From the human T2T-CHM13v2.0 reference genome, Homo sapiens: 64,000 nucleotides of DNA. Within the stretch, counting starts at the first letter, position 1, and each line of letters opens with the position of its first letter. A model generated the notes under the pieces. The model did no database searches and was not told where the DNA came from. It was given only the letters and a program-made list of their open reading frames with translations. A program made the translations under genes and the position numbers. The DNA is taken from the NCBI RefSeq assembly GCF_009914755.1, contig NC_060937.1; one strand, given 5' to 3'. Shown here piece by piece: positions 39,919 through 54,606 of this stretch.

Positions 39919-41704
39919 TACAAGCATTCTGGGTAGCCACTCCCTGATTTTCACATGGAAGAAAAGGTCAGCACCTCCTATCTCTGCCCTCCTAGTGCCT
40001 TCCCTGTTGTAACCCAAATTTCCCTATTTTAGTCTAAGGCTACGTAGAGGGAAAATAGAACTCACATTCAAATCTCATATTCATTCTCTCTCTCTTTCTC
40101 TCTCTTTTTCTTCTCATCCATCTAATCCCACCAGACCAGAAAATAATGCTTCTTTTCTACCAAAAATTAACAGTAAAAACATGTAGATGATGCCTACCCT
40201 GCATCTCATGGAGAATATTGTTATCTGTTTCCTGCCAATTTATTATTGATGTACTAACACCAAAGGTTGCAGAAAATCCAAAAATCCTCTCATTATAACA
40301 AACTGATTGAGGACATTGTACTCTCTAAAATATAATTTTTCATATTGGAACATTAATATAATTTCCCTACTGTATGTCCACCCCTCTATGACATATCTTA
40401 ATCACCACGTTCCTTTTATAATTTATGTTTACCTCTTCTCATGAGGTGAAAATTTTAGGTACATCAGGCAAAAGAGAAAAGCAAATAAATAATAAATAAT
40501 CTTGTATCTATAGGAATACATAACTCGAAGTTTTGCATGGAGTAAACAAAATAATTAATGTAATTTAGAGAGCAAATTCTGTTTAGTATATGTTTAAAGA
40601 AAGAGCTATCATTTCTACATCTTTCTTTAGTAAATCTAGATGTTCATAATACTTTCATAAAATTATTTCCATAATTTCGTATTTTTCCTAACATGAATAA
40701 TAAATATAATTTTCTAAAACACAAAATATTTTCTACTATATTTTTCTACATAATAAGTATATAGTCTCTGTAATTTTACAAATTATTTTTCCTTATTGTA
40801 TTATTTTAAGAAGAAATTCACATTCCAAATGAATCTATTTAAAAAAAAACAGTGAATGCAATACTAGCAACTCTAGTTTTTAATCTTGCCAATAAACCCT
40901 GTCACTGGTGACAATAGAAAACTTAAATGATAGTTAAGAAAAGTTTATATCTATTGCTTTTTAAATTAATATATTTGAAAGACGTTCTAGTGGATCTATT
41001 TTCCACAAAAACAAATAAACATTCAATATTAGCAGCAGTAGCAATTATAACAGAAGATCAAGATATGTTTGTACCTTCAAATATAATGCCTTAAAAGGCG
41101 ATAAAGCAGAAATTTTCAGATTAAAGTTTCTATTATTAAGCACACAATTAGTATTAACACTGATAATGCTGAACATTTCAAGTAGGAAAATTATGCTTCA
41201 TATGAAGATAGTACAAAAGTGATTAGATATTAAGGAGAACAAAATAATTTTTACTGTTAAAATAACCAAGTTATAAATAACATTTTGGACTTTTTTTGTT
41301 GAAGGGGACATTTAATATTCAGAGTCAGCCTTGTTAGAGAATAATTTATGTGTTTATTTTGCAATATGCACACTTCCAATTGTCTTTGTCACTTCCTTGA
41401 TATGTACCCTGCCATATAATTACTTGAAAAAAATATCATATAACCCACAGTTAGAGAAATGTTAATGCTGTTAAACTTCTAATATATGTCTTGGATGCTC
41501 CAACTGCTTCACAAATGAAATTCTTGCATGTCATTCATTGTATGTCTGCCTCAAAAACAGTTGTTTCACATCCTGCCCTATCACTTCTTTACTTTTTCCG
41601 TGGTCACTAAGGAACGTTAATGGTACCTGAAAAAAGTCATGGGCTTCACAGAAGATCTCTACTTCATTCTTCATCTTAGAAAATGTTTTGTGTGCACTTC
41701 AGCA

Positions 41705-41865
41705 ACAAACTTCCAGTTTCAAATCTTGACTCCATCTCATTGTTAGGCCCTGAGCATGTTTAATATCTCTGAGCCTCAATTTCTTCTTGTAAAAAGGCCA
41801 AATATTATCCATGTTATATTGTTATGCCATGTTAAAAGTTAACATAAGTGAAGTACTTATAACTT
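41705..41865 (+). mobile_element. MIR remnant
   Basis: GTTTCAAATCTTGACTCCA...TTTAATATCTCTGAGCCTCAATTTCTTCTTGTAAAA matches the MIR core. Confidence 0.65.
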
Positions 41866-42416
41866 CAGATACAACATAAACAAGGGTTGTTTATGTAGCC
41901 TATTGGTCAATAATTTCCACATTTATCTTAATATGTGCCTTAGTGACCAGGTTTTATAATAATAATTTTGTTTTCATATTCAAAAATTTGGATTTATATG
42001 TGTATCTAATGGATTAAGCTTTTATTTTTCTATATATTATATGCAATTTTATACTATATTTCCAAAAAGGCAACCAATATTTGAAGATCACCAATTCAAT
42101 AATAATTAGCCTTAGGGGAAGAATATTGTGTCCTTAGATGCATTTTAATGTGTTTGATTAATTACAATTGATTTTGCCTAAGAATTCTTACAATTATAGT
42201 ATTTAAATTGTTAGAAAATCATCTAAATATATATGTATGCAAGTTTGCTTGTGAAAATAAAATATGCAAGTGTGGAAAACCGTTAGGCAGTCTTGAAGGA
42301 AACTGAGATATTATGTATTTCCTAGAACCATGTGTTTACTATTTAGATTGGAACTATGTTAATATTTAGGAATGTAGTATGATTATAAACACACACACAC
42401 GTCTGCACACACATAG

Positions 42417-42982
<566 letters not shown>

Positions 42983-42984
42983 AT

Positions 42985-42986
42985 AC

Positions 42987-43021
<35 letters not shown>
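42985..43021. repeat. (CA)n microsatellite at the 3' junction of the USP7 retrocopy
   Basis: ACACACGCACACAC...; a shorter CA tract (42389-42400) lies at the 5' side. Confidence 0.93.
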
Positions 43022-43022
<1 letters not shown>

Positions 43023-43961
43023 CCTTTGCGACTGCCATTCATTTAAGTTGGTTGAATCAAAAAAAAGTTATTAAGAAAACACTGCATACTTTTCAAATTG
43101 ACAGATATTACTAGAAATGTGCAAAATGTGATTATTCAGTAACCATAGTCATTATATAACATATTCACAGTTTTAACTGGTTAATAAAATGACCATCTCT
43201 TCCTTTGTGTTAAATAATTGCTTCTCACTCCAATATAACTAAAGGGACAATATTGTTGTGCTATTGACTACCAGTAATTTTTGGACTTTTGTCTTTTTTA
43301 ACCACTAAAAAAGGCTACATTTCCCAGTAATGGTCAAAAAATAGTCATATTCAAAAATGAAAAATGAAATTACTTGTTTATACTTTTCTATTAATATAAT
43401 GCAGACATTATCTTTCATTTTGTCTTTTTTTCTTTAAGGCAATCTTCAGAGTGATTATTAATCTCGTAACTATTTAAATACTATACATTGGAACAATTAA
43501 TTCTAAATTTCATTTTGTTTAATAAATATCTTGTACAAAATTATATTGGTGCTATGACAGTCTGCACTTAATATAATTCAGTCATCACTTGTGATCAGTG
43601 ACAAGGGCTAATATATATGCCACATTCGTTTCAGTCATGTCATCAAATTAAAGGCAATGTAACATTTTGTGGATGAATTCATATAGAAGTGTAATTTCTC
43701 TTGATAGGTGGTGGATGCACATATATTACAATTACCTAGAATACAAATAACCCACATTTGAAAACTGAATATAATGTTATTAAGAAGAAAAAATAAACTG
43801 TTTCCAAGTGCAATTTTATAATACTCTACCAAACCATATACATTCCAGACCTTGAGATGGTCTTCTTGCAATATTTAAAAATTAAGCTTTATGGGTTTTC
43901 AAGTAAGGAAATATTTCCATATTTCTGATAAATAAGCTCCTTCACTTGAAAATTGAATGGT

Positions 43962-44269
<308 letters not shown>

Positions 44270-44383
44270 CTAATGGTAACTTGTTTCCAATATCCTATTT
44301 TGAAATCACAGAGTAGTACATAAGGAAGATGAGAATAGATACTTTTTGTGAGTTTGCAAACATATTTTTTTTCAATAGTTAAA

Positions 44384-45325
44384 TTTTGGTAAAATACACA
44401 ATATAAATTTTCCACCTTAACTATTTTAATTGTACAGTTCAGTATTATTAAATATATTCATAAGTTGCAACGATCACACCATTCATTCTTATAACTGTTT
44501 TTATTTTGTAAAATTGAAACTGTGTACCCATTAAACTATAACTCTCTATTTCCCCCTCCCACCAGCTGGCGACCACATTCTACTTTCTGTCTTTATTATT
44601 TTGATTGCACTAAGTATCTCATATAACTGGAAACATACATTATATGTCTTTTTGTGACTGGCTTATTTCGCTTAGCATAATGTCCATAAGGTTCATCCAT
44701 GTTGTGCTTGTAGCATATGTTAGAATTTTCTTCTTTTAAAGACTGAAGAATTTTTCATTGTGTGTATATTTCACATTTTGCTTACTCATTCATTCATTGA
44801 TGGACACTTGGGTTGTTTTCACTATTGTGAAAACACCATTTTCCATGTTTTCACTATTGTGAATAATGCTACTATGGGCATGGATGTACAAATATCTCTT
44901 TGAGGCCCTGCTTTCAATTCTTTTGATTATATGCCCAGAATTGGAACTGTAGGATCATATGGTAATTCTAGTTTTAAGTTTTTGAGGAACTGCCATACTG
45001 TTCCCTAGAGTGGCTATGCCATTTTACATTCTCACTAACAAGGGTTCCAATTTCTCTACTTCCTTATCACTATCTGTTAATTTCTGATTTTTTCTATAGT
45101 AACCATCCTACTGGATGTAAAATAGTACATCATTGTAGTTTTAATTTGCATTGCATTTTCCTAATGATTAGTGAAGTCAAACATCATTTTGTGTGCTTAT
45201 TGGACATTTTATATCTCCTTTGGGGAACGTCTATATCTGATAAAGGGTTGTTATCTAGACTATATAGAGAACTCCTATATATAAAATTCAACAATAACAA
45301 CAACAACAACAAAACAAATAACCTA
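44384..45325 (-). mobile_element. L1MB-type insertion with a short 5' inversion
   Basis: Antisense 3' end 44384-~45233, then sense ATATCTGATAAAGGGTTGTTATCTAGACTATATAGAGAACTCCTA...CAAATAACCTA. Possible degraded TSD TCAATAGTTAAATTTT / TCAACAGAAATTTT. Confidence 0.85.
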
Positions 45326-47167
45326 GTGTCAACAGAAATTTTTAAATGCTGTATCAACAATTTGGTTACATTCAAATATTTGTGAAATTTTTCTAGAGAG
45401 AGAAGGTTGAGTCTGCTTATTCACATACAGTGTAAAAGGAGGAATGAGGACTAGCAGTAGAGATAAAAGGAAAACCATTTGCCTTGCGAGTGATGAAGGA
45501 TCTCCAATAACTAGAATTAGGCAGGGACCTTACACCCATTATTGATGAGAGTATAATTATCTCTGTCTTCTGTCAGAGTTTCTACCAAAGAGCTTTGAAA
45601 AATTTTCCTGTTCATATGATTCTGTTAATAGCATCAGAAGCACTAAGGTTAAGGATGTCTGTAGGGGTGAGAGAAGGGTTTACTACAAATAGAGAACTCT
45701 ATGTCTGTCATTTCTTTTGAACACTATGTAGCTTTATTCTAACACCCTAATGTTATTCCTTAAGAAAACTGACTTTGGAAGCAGCAATAAGTTTATAAAA
45801 TGTAACATTCAAGTTGTACAGACATGTTTCCTCTTATTTGTTTTAGAGTCCTAGTGAATAGATCTGTAATTATGCTAACAAAAAAAGTATAAAATGATGC
45901 TTTGAGAACAAAAATACTAATTGAGAATACTAATTGAGGCATTTATTATTATTTGGCTTAAAATATGTTTCCTGTTTGGCACCTGATTGCACAAGGAAGA
46001 GTAAGATGAAAGGGAAGCAATAATATGTTTTCTAAATGGAGGGCCTCTGATAATACTTTTTCAAATTTGACTTGAGGAATATTCTAGAAGTCACAGACAA
46101 TATTCTCTAAGGTCAGATATGTTACTTTTGCTGGGAGATTCTAACTGAGGAAACACGTTTTCTTCTGGCTGAGGTGATGATGTCAAATTAAATACTTCAT
46201 TTTATGAGAGAAGCAAATGGAGTAGAGACTATAGAAGTGGCACTTAGCCAGCCACATCAGTGAAGCAGTATAATAGATGAGAGGGCCAACTTGTTCTCAG
46301 ATCACATATGTCAAGGGGTATTTTCATAATGTCCACTGTTAGGCTCACCAATACCTCCTAATTAAATCAAATCCTCTCACTCTCTCATAGTATTCATTTT
46401 GAAACAATATAAGAATTGGCAGAGATAACAGGGATAGATTCCACAGAGTCCCATTACAGAAGTTTCATTAAATGAAAATAATTAAATACTTTCAGTACCA
46501 TGCTGTTTACTCTCTCACTTGACTGTTTGATGATGTATTAAGAACTGAGTGTTAGGGTAATTGTGATGATATTTCAAATAAAATGGTTTATTTGAAACCA
46601 TGAACTAATTCAATTAAAAGTTTATTTCAAATATATGTTTTCTTTGCATGGGCCCATTTGTCATCTTGCAGTGTGATTTTGTGAAGAAGAGGTAATAAAT
46701 ATCTCGTGCCTCAAGGATTCTTATGCTTGGTTTCTTTCTAAAGGTCTGAAGTGTATATCTTAAAGTATGTGTTGTAAAAATGCAAATATAATTAAAATTA
46801 TATACAATACCAATACTCAAAAGAAACCAGTGTCTTATAAACTATTATTGCAAGTAGAAAAATAAATGAAAGGCAATTATTAGGAAATAAGTGATTATGT
46901 GAATAAATATTCATATATATTATACTACATATGTATATTATTTATTCAGGCATAGCACTTTACTTTTTTAATGGAAACTTGCTCAAATTTAAGTGTTCCA
47001 TAAATGATGATATTGATGTCAATGATCATTATCATTAATGTAACCTCATTGTGATTTTCTGTAGATGGAATATAATACTTGCTTAGTGAATGAGCAGGTG
47101 AGAAAATTGAAAAGGAAGATTTAATTACGCCTATTAAGAAAAAACAGTGAATTAATCATGACACAAA

Positions 47168-47450
47168 GCAGAATCTAACTCTGTCACCCAGGCTGGGCTG
47201 CAGTAGCACAATTATGGCTCAGCGCAGGCTTGAAGTGGGCTCAAGAGATCCTTCCACCCTGGCCTGCTGTATAGCTAGGATAACGGGCCTGTGCCACTAT
47301 GCTGGCTATTTTTCTTTTTAATTTATAGAGATGGGGTGGGGGGGGTCTCCTTATGTTGCCCAGGCTCGTCTCTAACTCGTGGCCTCAAACGGTGCTCCCA
47401 TTTAGGCTTCCCAAAGTGCTAGGATTACAGGTGTGAGCCACCAGGCCCTT
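47168..47450 (-). mobile_element. AluJ-type element with no recognisable poly(A) tail
   Basis: CTCTGTCACCCAGGCTGG...GGGCTCAAGAGATCC...ATGTTGCCCAGGC...CCCAAAGTGCTAGGATTACAGGTGTGAGCCACC. Confidence 0.88.
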
Positions 47451-47628
47451 CCTTGTTTATTCTTACAATGTTTTACCATGTCAATTTTAAGAACATTGTA
47501 TACAATAATTATGAATTGCCTTACTAAACTTCATAGGTTCCCTCTAGTTGTATTCAACGTATTATGCAGCCTTGATATTCCCCCAAGCATTGAACTAAAG
47601 GATCAGATATGAGTATGTGCCAATTTCA

Positions 47629-47676
47629 TATCCATGCAGACAATGCTATTTGTATCCATGCAGACAATGCTATCTG
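47629..47676. repeat. 24-bp tandem duplication
   Basis: TATCCATGCAGACAATGCTATTTG / TATCCATGCAGACAATGCTATCTG (1 mismatch). Confidence 0.92.
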
Positions 47677-47799
47677 TGTGTTCTCTGTTCATGTTTTCTT
47701 TCTTTACAGAGAGAACACTGATATTATTCAGTGTGTTGGCATTCAGATCAACTTAAATAATAAGTTCCAACGATTCCCATGCAGGTAAAAATGATGTAC

Positions 47800-48125
47800 A
47801 CGATCAATGCACTTCTGTCCAGTTGAGGTATCGAATGAGGATTATTGAAAAAATATGTAAATACCCAGGCTCAGCTGGCATGCGCCTTTTGTCTTTTATT
47901 TGTATCTCTTCCCTACTTCTTCCTGCTTGAAACAAATGAATTCCCGGAAAGGAGCAGACATCTGGCTACCATGAGCATAAAAGACACCATTAGAATGACA
48001 TAAAATGCGGCCAAAAGTGCTTAGTGTTTGGAAAATTTCTCTGAATGTATGCCATGGCTGTAGACTGCCTCCATCTGGACACCTTGTGATCTGAGAAAAA
48101 TAAGACCCCAAATTGATTTGGTCAA
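47800..48125 (+). mobile_element. Old MLT1 (J/K/L-like) LTR remnant
   Basis: CTTCTTCCTGCTTGAAAC...GGAGCAGACATCTGGCTACCATGAG...AGACTGCCTCCATCTGGAC...GAGAAAAATAAGACCCC. Confidence 0.55.
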
Positions 48126-49759
48126 AGGCAATTATGAATGATGCAACACAGCAACCTTGGGAGAAATAATAACCTTAGAGGACTATATATACGCCTAATA
48201 ATTAACTTAAATAGGAACATTCCCCAATAAAAATCAAATGCTGCATTTTAAAACATACCAGTGTAGCTAAGCCAAGAATGGTGGTAGCTTACAGCTTATC
48301 ACTAAGATGATCTCTGTGGAAAATTAGTTTTTGTTATTTCACCATAGATGATGATTAGTGGCATAAAAATGCATTTTTTTCTTTGATGTTGCTCTTCTCT
48401 TCAGAAGCATGAGAGTCCTTTAATGTTAAGTATTATGGGATCTTGCTGTCTATCCCACTTTCTCCTTCAAAATGAAAAGAATCTTATTTTTTATTGGAAA
48501 TAATTTTATTCCATAAAATGAATAAAATTTTATTAAAATAGATATATCCAATTTGTTAGTCTTAAATGTATGTGCGTTTTTGTTTTACATTTTTGTATAA
48601 TTGAAACTGTAGTAGATAATTACTATAACGGTTAAAAAGGCAATTAATAAAAGTAAATAATAAAATCTTTTTAATCCCACCTTTTAAAGATAAACCTTAG
48701 TAGTGTATTTAATAGCTTTATAAATTTGTTTTGTGTTTCTGTCCATGTTTGATAAATTTGTTTATATATGCTTAAATATATTAAAATGTCTTTGTATTAA
48801 TGATTCCAACAAATACATATGAAACATGTGTATTATTTCTCAAGTATGGTGCTAATTAATAATCCTTTTTTTATTGCAAATGACAAAAGATAAAATAATA
48901 CACTTATAAAAAGTTTTCCTTAATACATTTTCATCCACATTCACATAATTTTTAGTTCTTTAAAGGATGCTAAATTTGTTTCAGGATTTTTCTTATCTTT
49001 AAGACAATTTTTGAAGTAATCTCTTCCTTCTGTACTTTTGAAAGACTGACATTTATCTCAGGGCCTCTTTTTTCCCTTCTCTCTTTTATTTTTGCCTTTG
49101 TGGGGATGACAGTGTATTCAGAAAGAGAAGACTATGGAGGCAAAGGAGGAGATGGGAAAGTAAGAGAGCAATACCGTCTCATTCCCTAGCTGGACATCTA
49201 ATTAGGCATTGGCTTTAGGAGTATAAACAACTACCACCACTCCCATCACCACCATCACCTACAATCATAGAAGGAGGGAGGACACATATAAAACTGTGAT
49301 GGGAATGTTAGACCAGATTGATTGTAAGACCAGAGATCCCACTATACTTGTATATGTTCCCTGGAGAGCACAAAAGACCATCGTTTTATCAAGTAGATGA
49401 GAATTGTTCTGGTGAAGGTTACGTTTACTTTCCTGAACAGTTAAAGGTTGCTGTCCTCGGTAGACAATGATGTACTCCAGGAAGTGCTGTCATGGAACTG
49501 TTTTCCTGGTATAAGGAAGTATAACAAGATTCTAGAATGGCAGATATTAGACGGCGGCCCTCAAACACAGATGAATGGTCAAAATTACTACAACAGGAAA
49601 TAAGGCCAGAGTGGAGGTGAAGGTACCTTAACCTTCTAGAATCTGTGAAAATTACCAATGTATCACCATGTTTCCAGGTAAAGAAAAACAGAAGAACAGA
49701 GTAGTAGAGTATTAGTAAACCAAGTTTTGGTGAGCTGAAGGCTGACAAGAGACACCCTT

Positions 49760-50075
49760 ATGCAAAAAATTGTTAGCTTAAGATTCTTTACAACTCTCAA
49801 TGCCTACCAAATTCAGTGGAGGATGGGATTCCTTGAGGAAAGACTAAGTAATGACCTTGCAAGTGTGTGTGTCTGTGTGTGTGCATGAGAGTGTGTATGT
49901 GTGTGTCTATGTATGTATATATATTCTCCATTTCTTCCCATCTGGAGCCTACAGTTATTTACCATCTTAATTATTTGTTGGGGAAAAGAAATATCCAGAT
50001 TTCAAGAGCTTTTCTTTTGGTTGTTGTTTTACAGTTCTAGCTTATATTGATCTCAAGGGATCTCAGAAGTTAAGC
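49760..50075 (+). mobile_element. Degenerate ERVL gag/protease-region remnant with an internal TG microsatellite
   Basis: TTCCTTGAGGAAAGAC...TTCTCCATTTCTTCCCATCTGGAGCCTACAGTTATTTACC...TGGGGAAAAGAAATATCCAGATTTCAAGAGC resembles ERVL sequence upstream of the protease DTG motif. Confidence 0.45.
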
Positions 50076-50519
50076 AAAAAAAAAAAATGATGACAAAGAG
50101 GATATCAAGAGCATTGAAAGTATTTGTGATGCTAAATAATTGAATTGGGAGCACTAAAGAGAGTGAAAAGCTGAAAAGACAGGACATGGTAATCAGAAAG
50201 CTTGTTCCAATAAATTGAGTTTATTCAAGTATTGCTGTTATTGACAATATCAACTCTAATCTACCTAGGCTATAATGTCTTTGAATTGAAAGGATCTGTA
50301 GAACAATAATGAAGCAGAAAATAAAATCATTGAGAAATGAGAGGAAATATCTCTGGAGTAAAGTACTTAACAATATAAGGGAAGTTAGCTTATGTTTTGA
50401 TGACATGATACTCAAAGTTGATTAACATTGGGAATAAGGGGAGAAACAGTTTGAATATGGCCAAAAAAAAAGGAAGAGATTAATACCACTTCCAGGACCA
50501 GTATGAGAGTTCTGGAAGA

Positions 50520-50950
50520 AAATACTAATCTAAATGTTTAGATATTTAGTATTTTAGTAGAGCATGTAGGAAAATCAGTATTCTCCGGAGACAGTCTGGA
50601 TACCATTATGTTATGAACAAAGAGAAATCTAGGGATACAGGGGATTTTGTTAAATATGAACCATAAATTTCAGAGAACAGAGTGGAATGTGGATAAGAAG
50701 CAGGTGTAGGTGAATGAAACAGAATAGAAAATACATGTGAAGATTAGACTACAAGACAACAAGTGGCACCTGGAAAAAACCGTGAGTCTCAAGAGCATAA
50801 CTTCATTAATTGTGATTTGAGGCATTCAGTAGTGTGAAACTGGTAATGTTCTGTACATAGCAACAGATGGAAGCTGGAGTTACCTCTTGACTGTTGACAA
50901 CAGAGGTGAAAATATCTTGTAAACAATGTCTTAGTTCCAATGTGGGAAAC
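50520..50950 (-). mobile_element. L2 internal remnant
   Basis: Purine-rich GAGACAGTCTGGATAC...AGAGAAATCTAGGG and CAACAGATGGAAGCTGGAGTTACCTC resemble antisense L2. Confidence 0.4.
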
Positions 50951-51641
50951 CTCTGTTGAACCTGGAACCATTCCAATCTAAAGGGTTCTTGTTTTTCTAT
51001 TACTGTAAAAGTGCACTCATGAAGTCAGTTGGTGGTTTCTAGACCCCAAACAGGAATAGATTGCAGGAAATAACTACAGATAAAGTGAAAATTAAAAGAA
51101 TCGTTAGAACATTTTTCACTCAAATCAATATTTGTTAACTGGATTACATAGCTTTCCTAACAGGAAGATCTAATTTACTACAACAGACTGCAGAAGCAAT
51201 ACAATATCTAATAAAGCAACTTTACAAAATACATACAGTTATATGAAAGCACATTTTTTGCCCCTTAAAATGCAACATACACAGATATATTTACAAGAAA
51301 AATTACTCTAAGTCTTTATAGACTAGATGATTCCAAGAGTAATACATTTTCTTAGACCAGAAAGAAATAAGGAAATTATCTGAGTTATTTTTATGAGAAT
51401 AAAATATTGACAATAAATTTAGATATTATTCACTTAATAACATTCAAAAATTTTAAGAAACAAAACCATGCAACATTTTTAATAGATAATCACTCAGGGA
51501 CAAGTAAACATTATCCTGGCAATGCAAACATGGTTATATTAGAGGCATTTTCTTAAATAATTCAACAAATCAATAGATGAAAGCAGAAAAAATATATAGT
51601 CCCCAGTGAAGATACCAAACATACATTTAATATATAACACA

Positions 51642-51956
<315 letters not shown>

Positions 51957-51990
51957 AACATATCACTTCTTAATCAAAAATAAATTTTCA

Positions 51991-52167
51991 GCTGGGCTTG
52001 GTGGCATGTGCTTGTAGTCCCAGCTACTCTAGTGTAGAGTGGCTGAGGCAGGGAGATCTCTTGAGTTTAGTAGTTTGAAGCTGCAGTGAGCTAAGATCAC
52101 ACCACTGCACTCCAGCCTGTGTGACAGAGTAAGACCCTGTCTGTAAAATAAATAAATAAATAAATAA
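51991..52167 (+). mobile_element. FRAM or isolated AluJ right arm
   Basis: Monomer GCTGGGCTTGGTGGCATGTGCTTGTAGTCCCAGC...GTTTGAAGCTGCAGTGAGCTAAGATC with a (TAAA)n tail. Confidence 0.85.
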
Positions 52168-53067
52168 ACTCTTGTTAAAAGAATAGATAATACAAGCTAC
52201 TAAGAGATAAAATGTGACTATTTCCACCCAAAAGCTATCATCATGTTTGATAGAGACCCAAATTGAAATAGCCTCAGAAATTTTAAAGAGGAAGAGCAGC
52301 TTTTCCTCTCTACCATTAGTTAATATTACAGAATTTTTAATAAAAAAGGAAATATAGACACGTTAAAATTAACAAATAATAATTCTCATCTACATATGGT
52401 ATTTCTGTAAAATAAAATAAATGGATACTGCTTCACACAACAGGAGGTTCAGTAATTAGTGAGATTCAACAAAACATCTGGCATTTAATGCAATTCATAG
52501 ACACAAAAACACCAAGTTATCACAATAACAACAATAATAAAGGAAACAAACCAAAAAATACTTGATAAATGTGTAAATAAAGATAACCTTAAAACTTTTC
52601 TGAAGGAAAAAAACGTAAAAATTAGCTGAATGTTTTACTATTTGTATAAAAAATTTACCAAACAATATAGCCAGTAATACATTTTAAAAAGAAATAAAAA
52701 TAGGCTTACCCTACCACATATTAAATTATATCATAGTAATACCACAAAGTCTTAAATATAACAGTGTGTTTAGAGGGAAAGTATTAAGAGATTTACTGGC
52801 AAAAATGTATAACTCAGAAATAGACTTACAGACATGAGAACTTCTTGTACTTGATATGCTGCTGACTCTTATCTCATGGGTGAAGAAACATAGATTAATC
52901 AATAAATGGCAGTGGGATCATAAGTTAAGTTCCTGGAAATCAAAATTTTAAAGTAATATTTATTCATTTCTACATAGTCTATTAGGATATATTTCAAATG
53001 AATTCCATATTTAAATCTAAATAATAAAAGCAAAAGTTGAAAACATGAAATAATTATTTTATATCAC

Positions 53068-53155
53068 AGACATATCAAATCATCACACTGTACACTTTAA
53101 AGTTATACAATTTTATTTGTCAATTATACCTCAGTACAGATAGGGGAAAAAAAAT
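53068..53155 (+). mobile_element. Short L1MA/MB 3' terminus
   Basis: ATCAAATCATCACACTGTACACTTTAAAGTTATACAATTTTATTTGTCAATTATACCTCAGTA...GGGAAAAAAAA. Confidence 0.75.
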
Positions 53156-53339
53156 CTGATGGAATTCTTAAAAGAATGCCGATGAAAGAGTGGGTCTCTT
53201 CTCAGAAGCAGCCCCCAGGAGTGCCTCACTCTCACAATAGCCCACACCTAGTCTCCTGAATTGTATCATTTTTTTCAATGTATTATCAAGATTATCGGTT
53301 CAGTGTTTATACCACTGTATAGCTCCAGTGGCCTGTGTT

Positions 53340-53922
53340 TCAGATAAACAGATACTGCCTGATGTAACTCTCTGGGTATGACTTTCTCCCCAGATTTACA
53401 ACAGCAATAGGTAGCAATAGGTCTCATGACTTTACTTCTCTAATGGATTGAAGAAAAACCAGTGAATTTTAATTTGTCCTGCCTTTGCTTTTTGTGAAAT
53501 GAGAACAACTTACAAGCCCTTCAGATATTAGAGCTAATACTAGAAATCCTCTGGTGAGGTTTTTATTACTTATGTTATATTTTACAATCACAAATTCTCT
53601 ATTTGCCTCTTTTAAAAAAATGTTTTCTAGGTGGGAGTGGTGGCTCAGGTAAGCAGATACTGCCTCATGTAACTCTCTGGGTATGACTTTCTCCCGGATT
53701 TAAGGGTAGCAATAGGTCTCATGACTTCAGTTCTCTAATGGATTGAAGAAAAACCAGTGAATTTTAAATTGTCCTGCCTTTACTTTTTGTGAAACGAGAA
53801 CAACTTACAAGCCCTTCAGATGTTGGAGCTAAAACTAGAAATCCTCTGGTGAGATTTTTATTACTTCTGTTATATTTTACAATCACAAATTCTCTATTTG
53901 CCTCTTTTAAAAAATATTTTCT

Positions 53923-53941
<19 letters not shown>
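53340..53941. repeat. ~300-bp tandem duplication (53340-53647 and 53645-53941) of a probable old L1M 5'-end segment plus the first ~19 nt of an Alu
   Basis: Both copies run from TCAG(A/G)TAA(A/G)CAGATACTGCCT to CTAGGTGGGAGTGGTGGCTCA, with about 16 substitutions and a few indels by eye; TCA microhomology at the junction. Confidence 0.95.
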
Positions 53942-54216
<275 letters not shown>

Positions 54217-54238
54217 TTTTTTTTTTCTATTTACCTAC

Positions 54239-54606
54239 TGATATGGTTAGGCTTTGTATCCCCACCCAAGTCCCATCTTGAAATGTAATGCCCAGGTGTT
54301 GAGGGAGAGACCTGGTGGGAGGTTAATGGATCACGGAGGCAGTTTCTTCCATGCTGTTCTCGTGATAGTGAGCGAGTTCTGATGAGCTCTGGTGGTTTTA
54401 TAAGACAGTTTTCCCTGCTGTCTCTTGTACTTGCTCTCTCTTGCCTGCCACCATGTAAGACATGCCTGCTTCCCTTTTCTACCATGATTGTAAATACCCT
54501 GAGGCATCCCAATCATGTGGAACTGTGAATCAATTAAACCTCTTTTCTTTATAAATTACCCAGCCTCAGGTATGTATTTAGAGGAGTATGAAAATGCACA
54601 AATACA
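54239..54606 (+). mobile_element. THE1D-like solo MaLR LTR
   Basis: TGATATGGTTAGGCTTTG...GAGGGAGAGACCTGGTGGGAGG...CAATTAAACCTCTTTTCTTTATAAATTACCCAG...AATACA. Confidence 0.88.
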
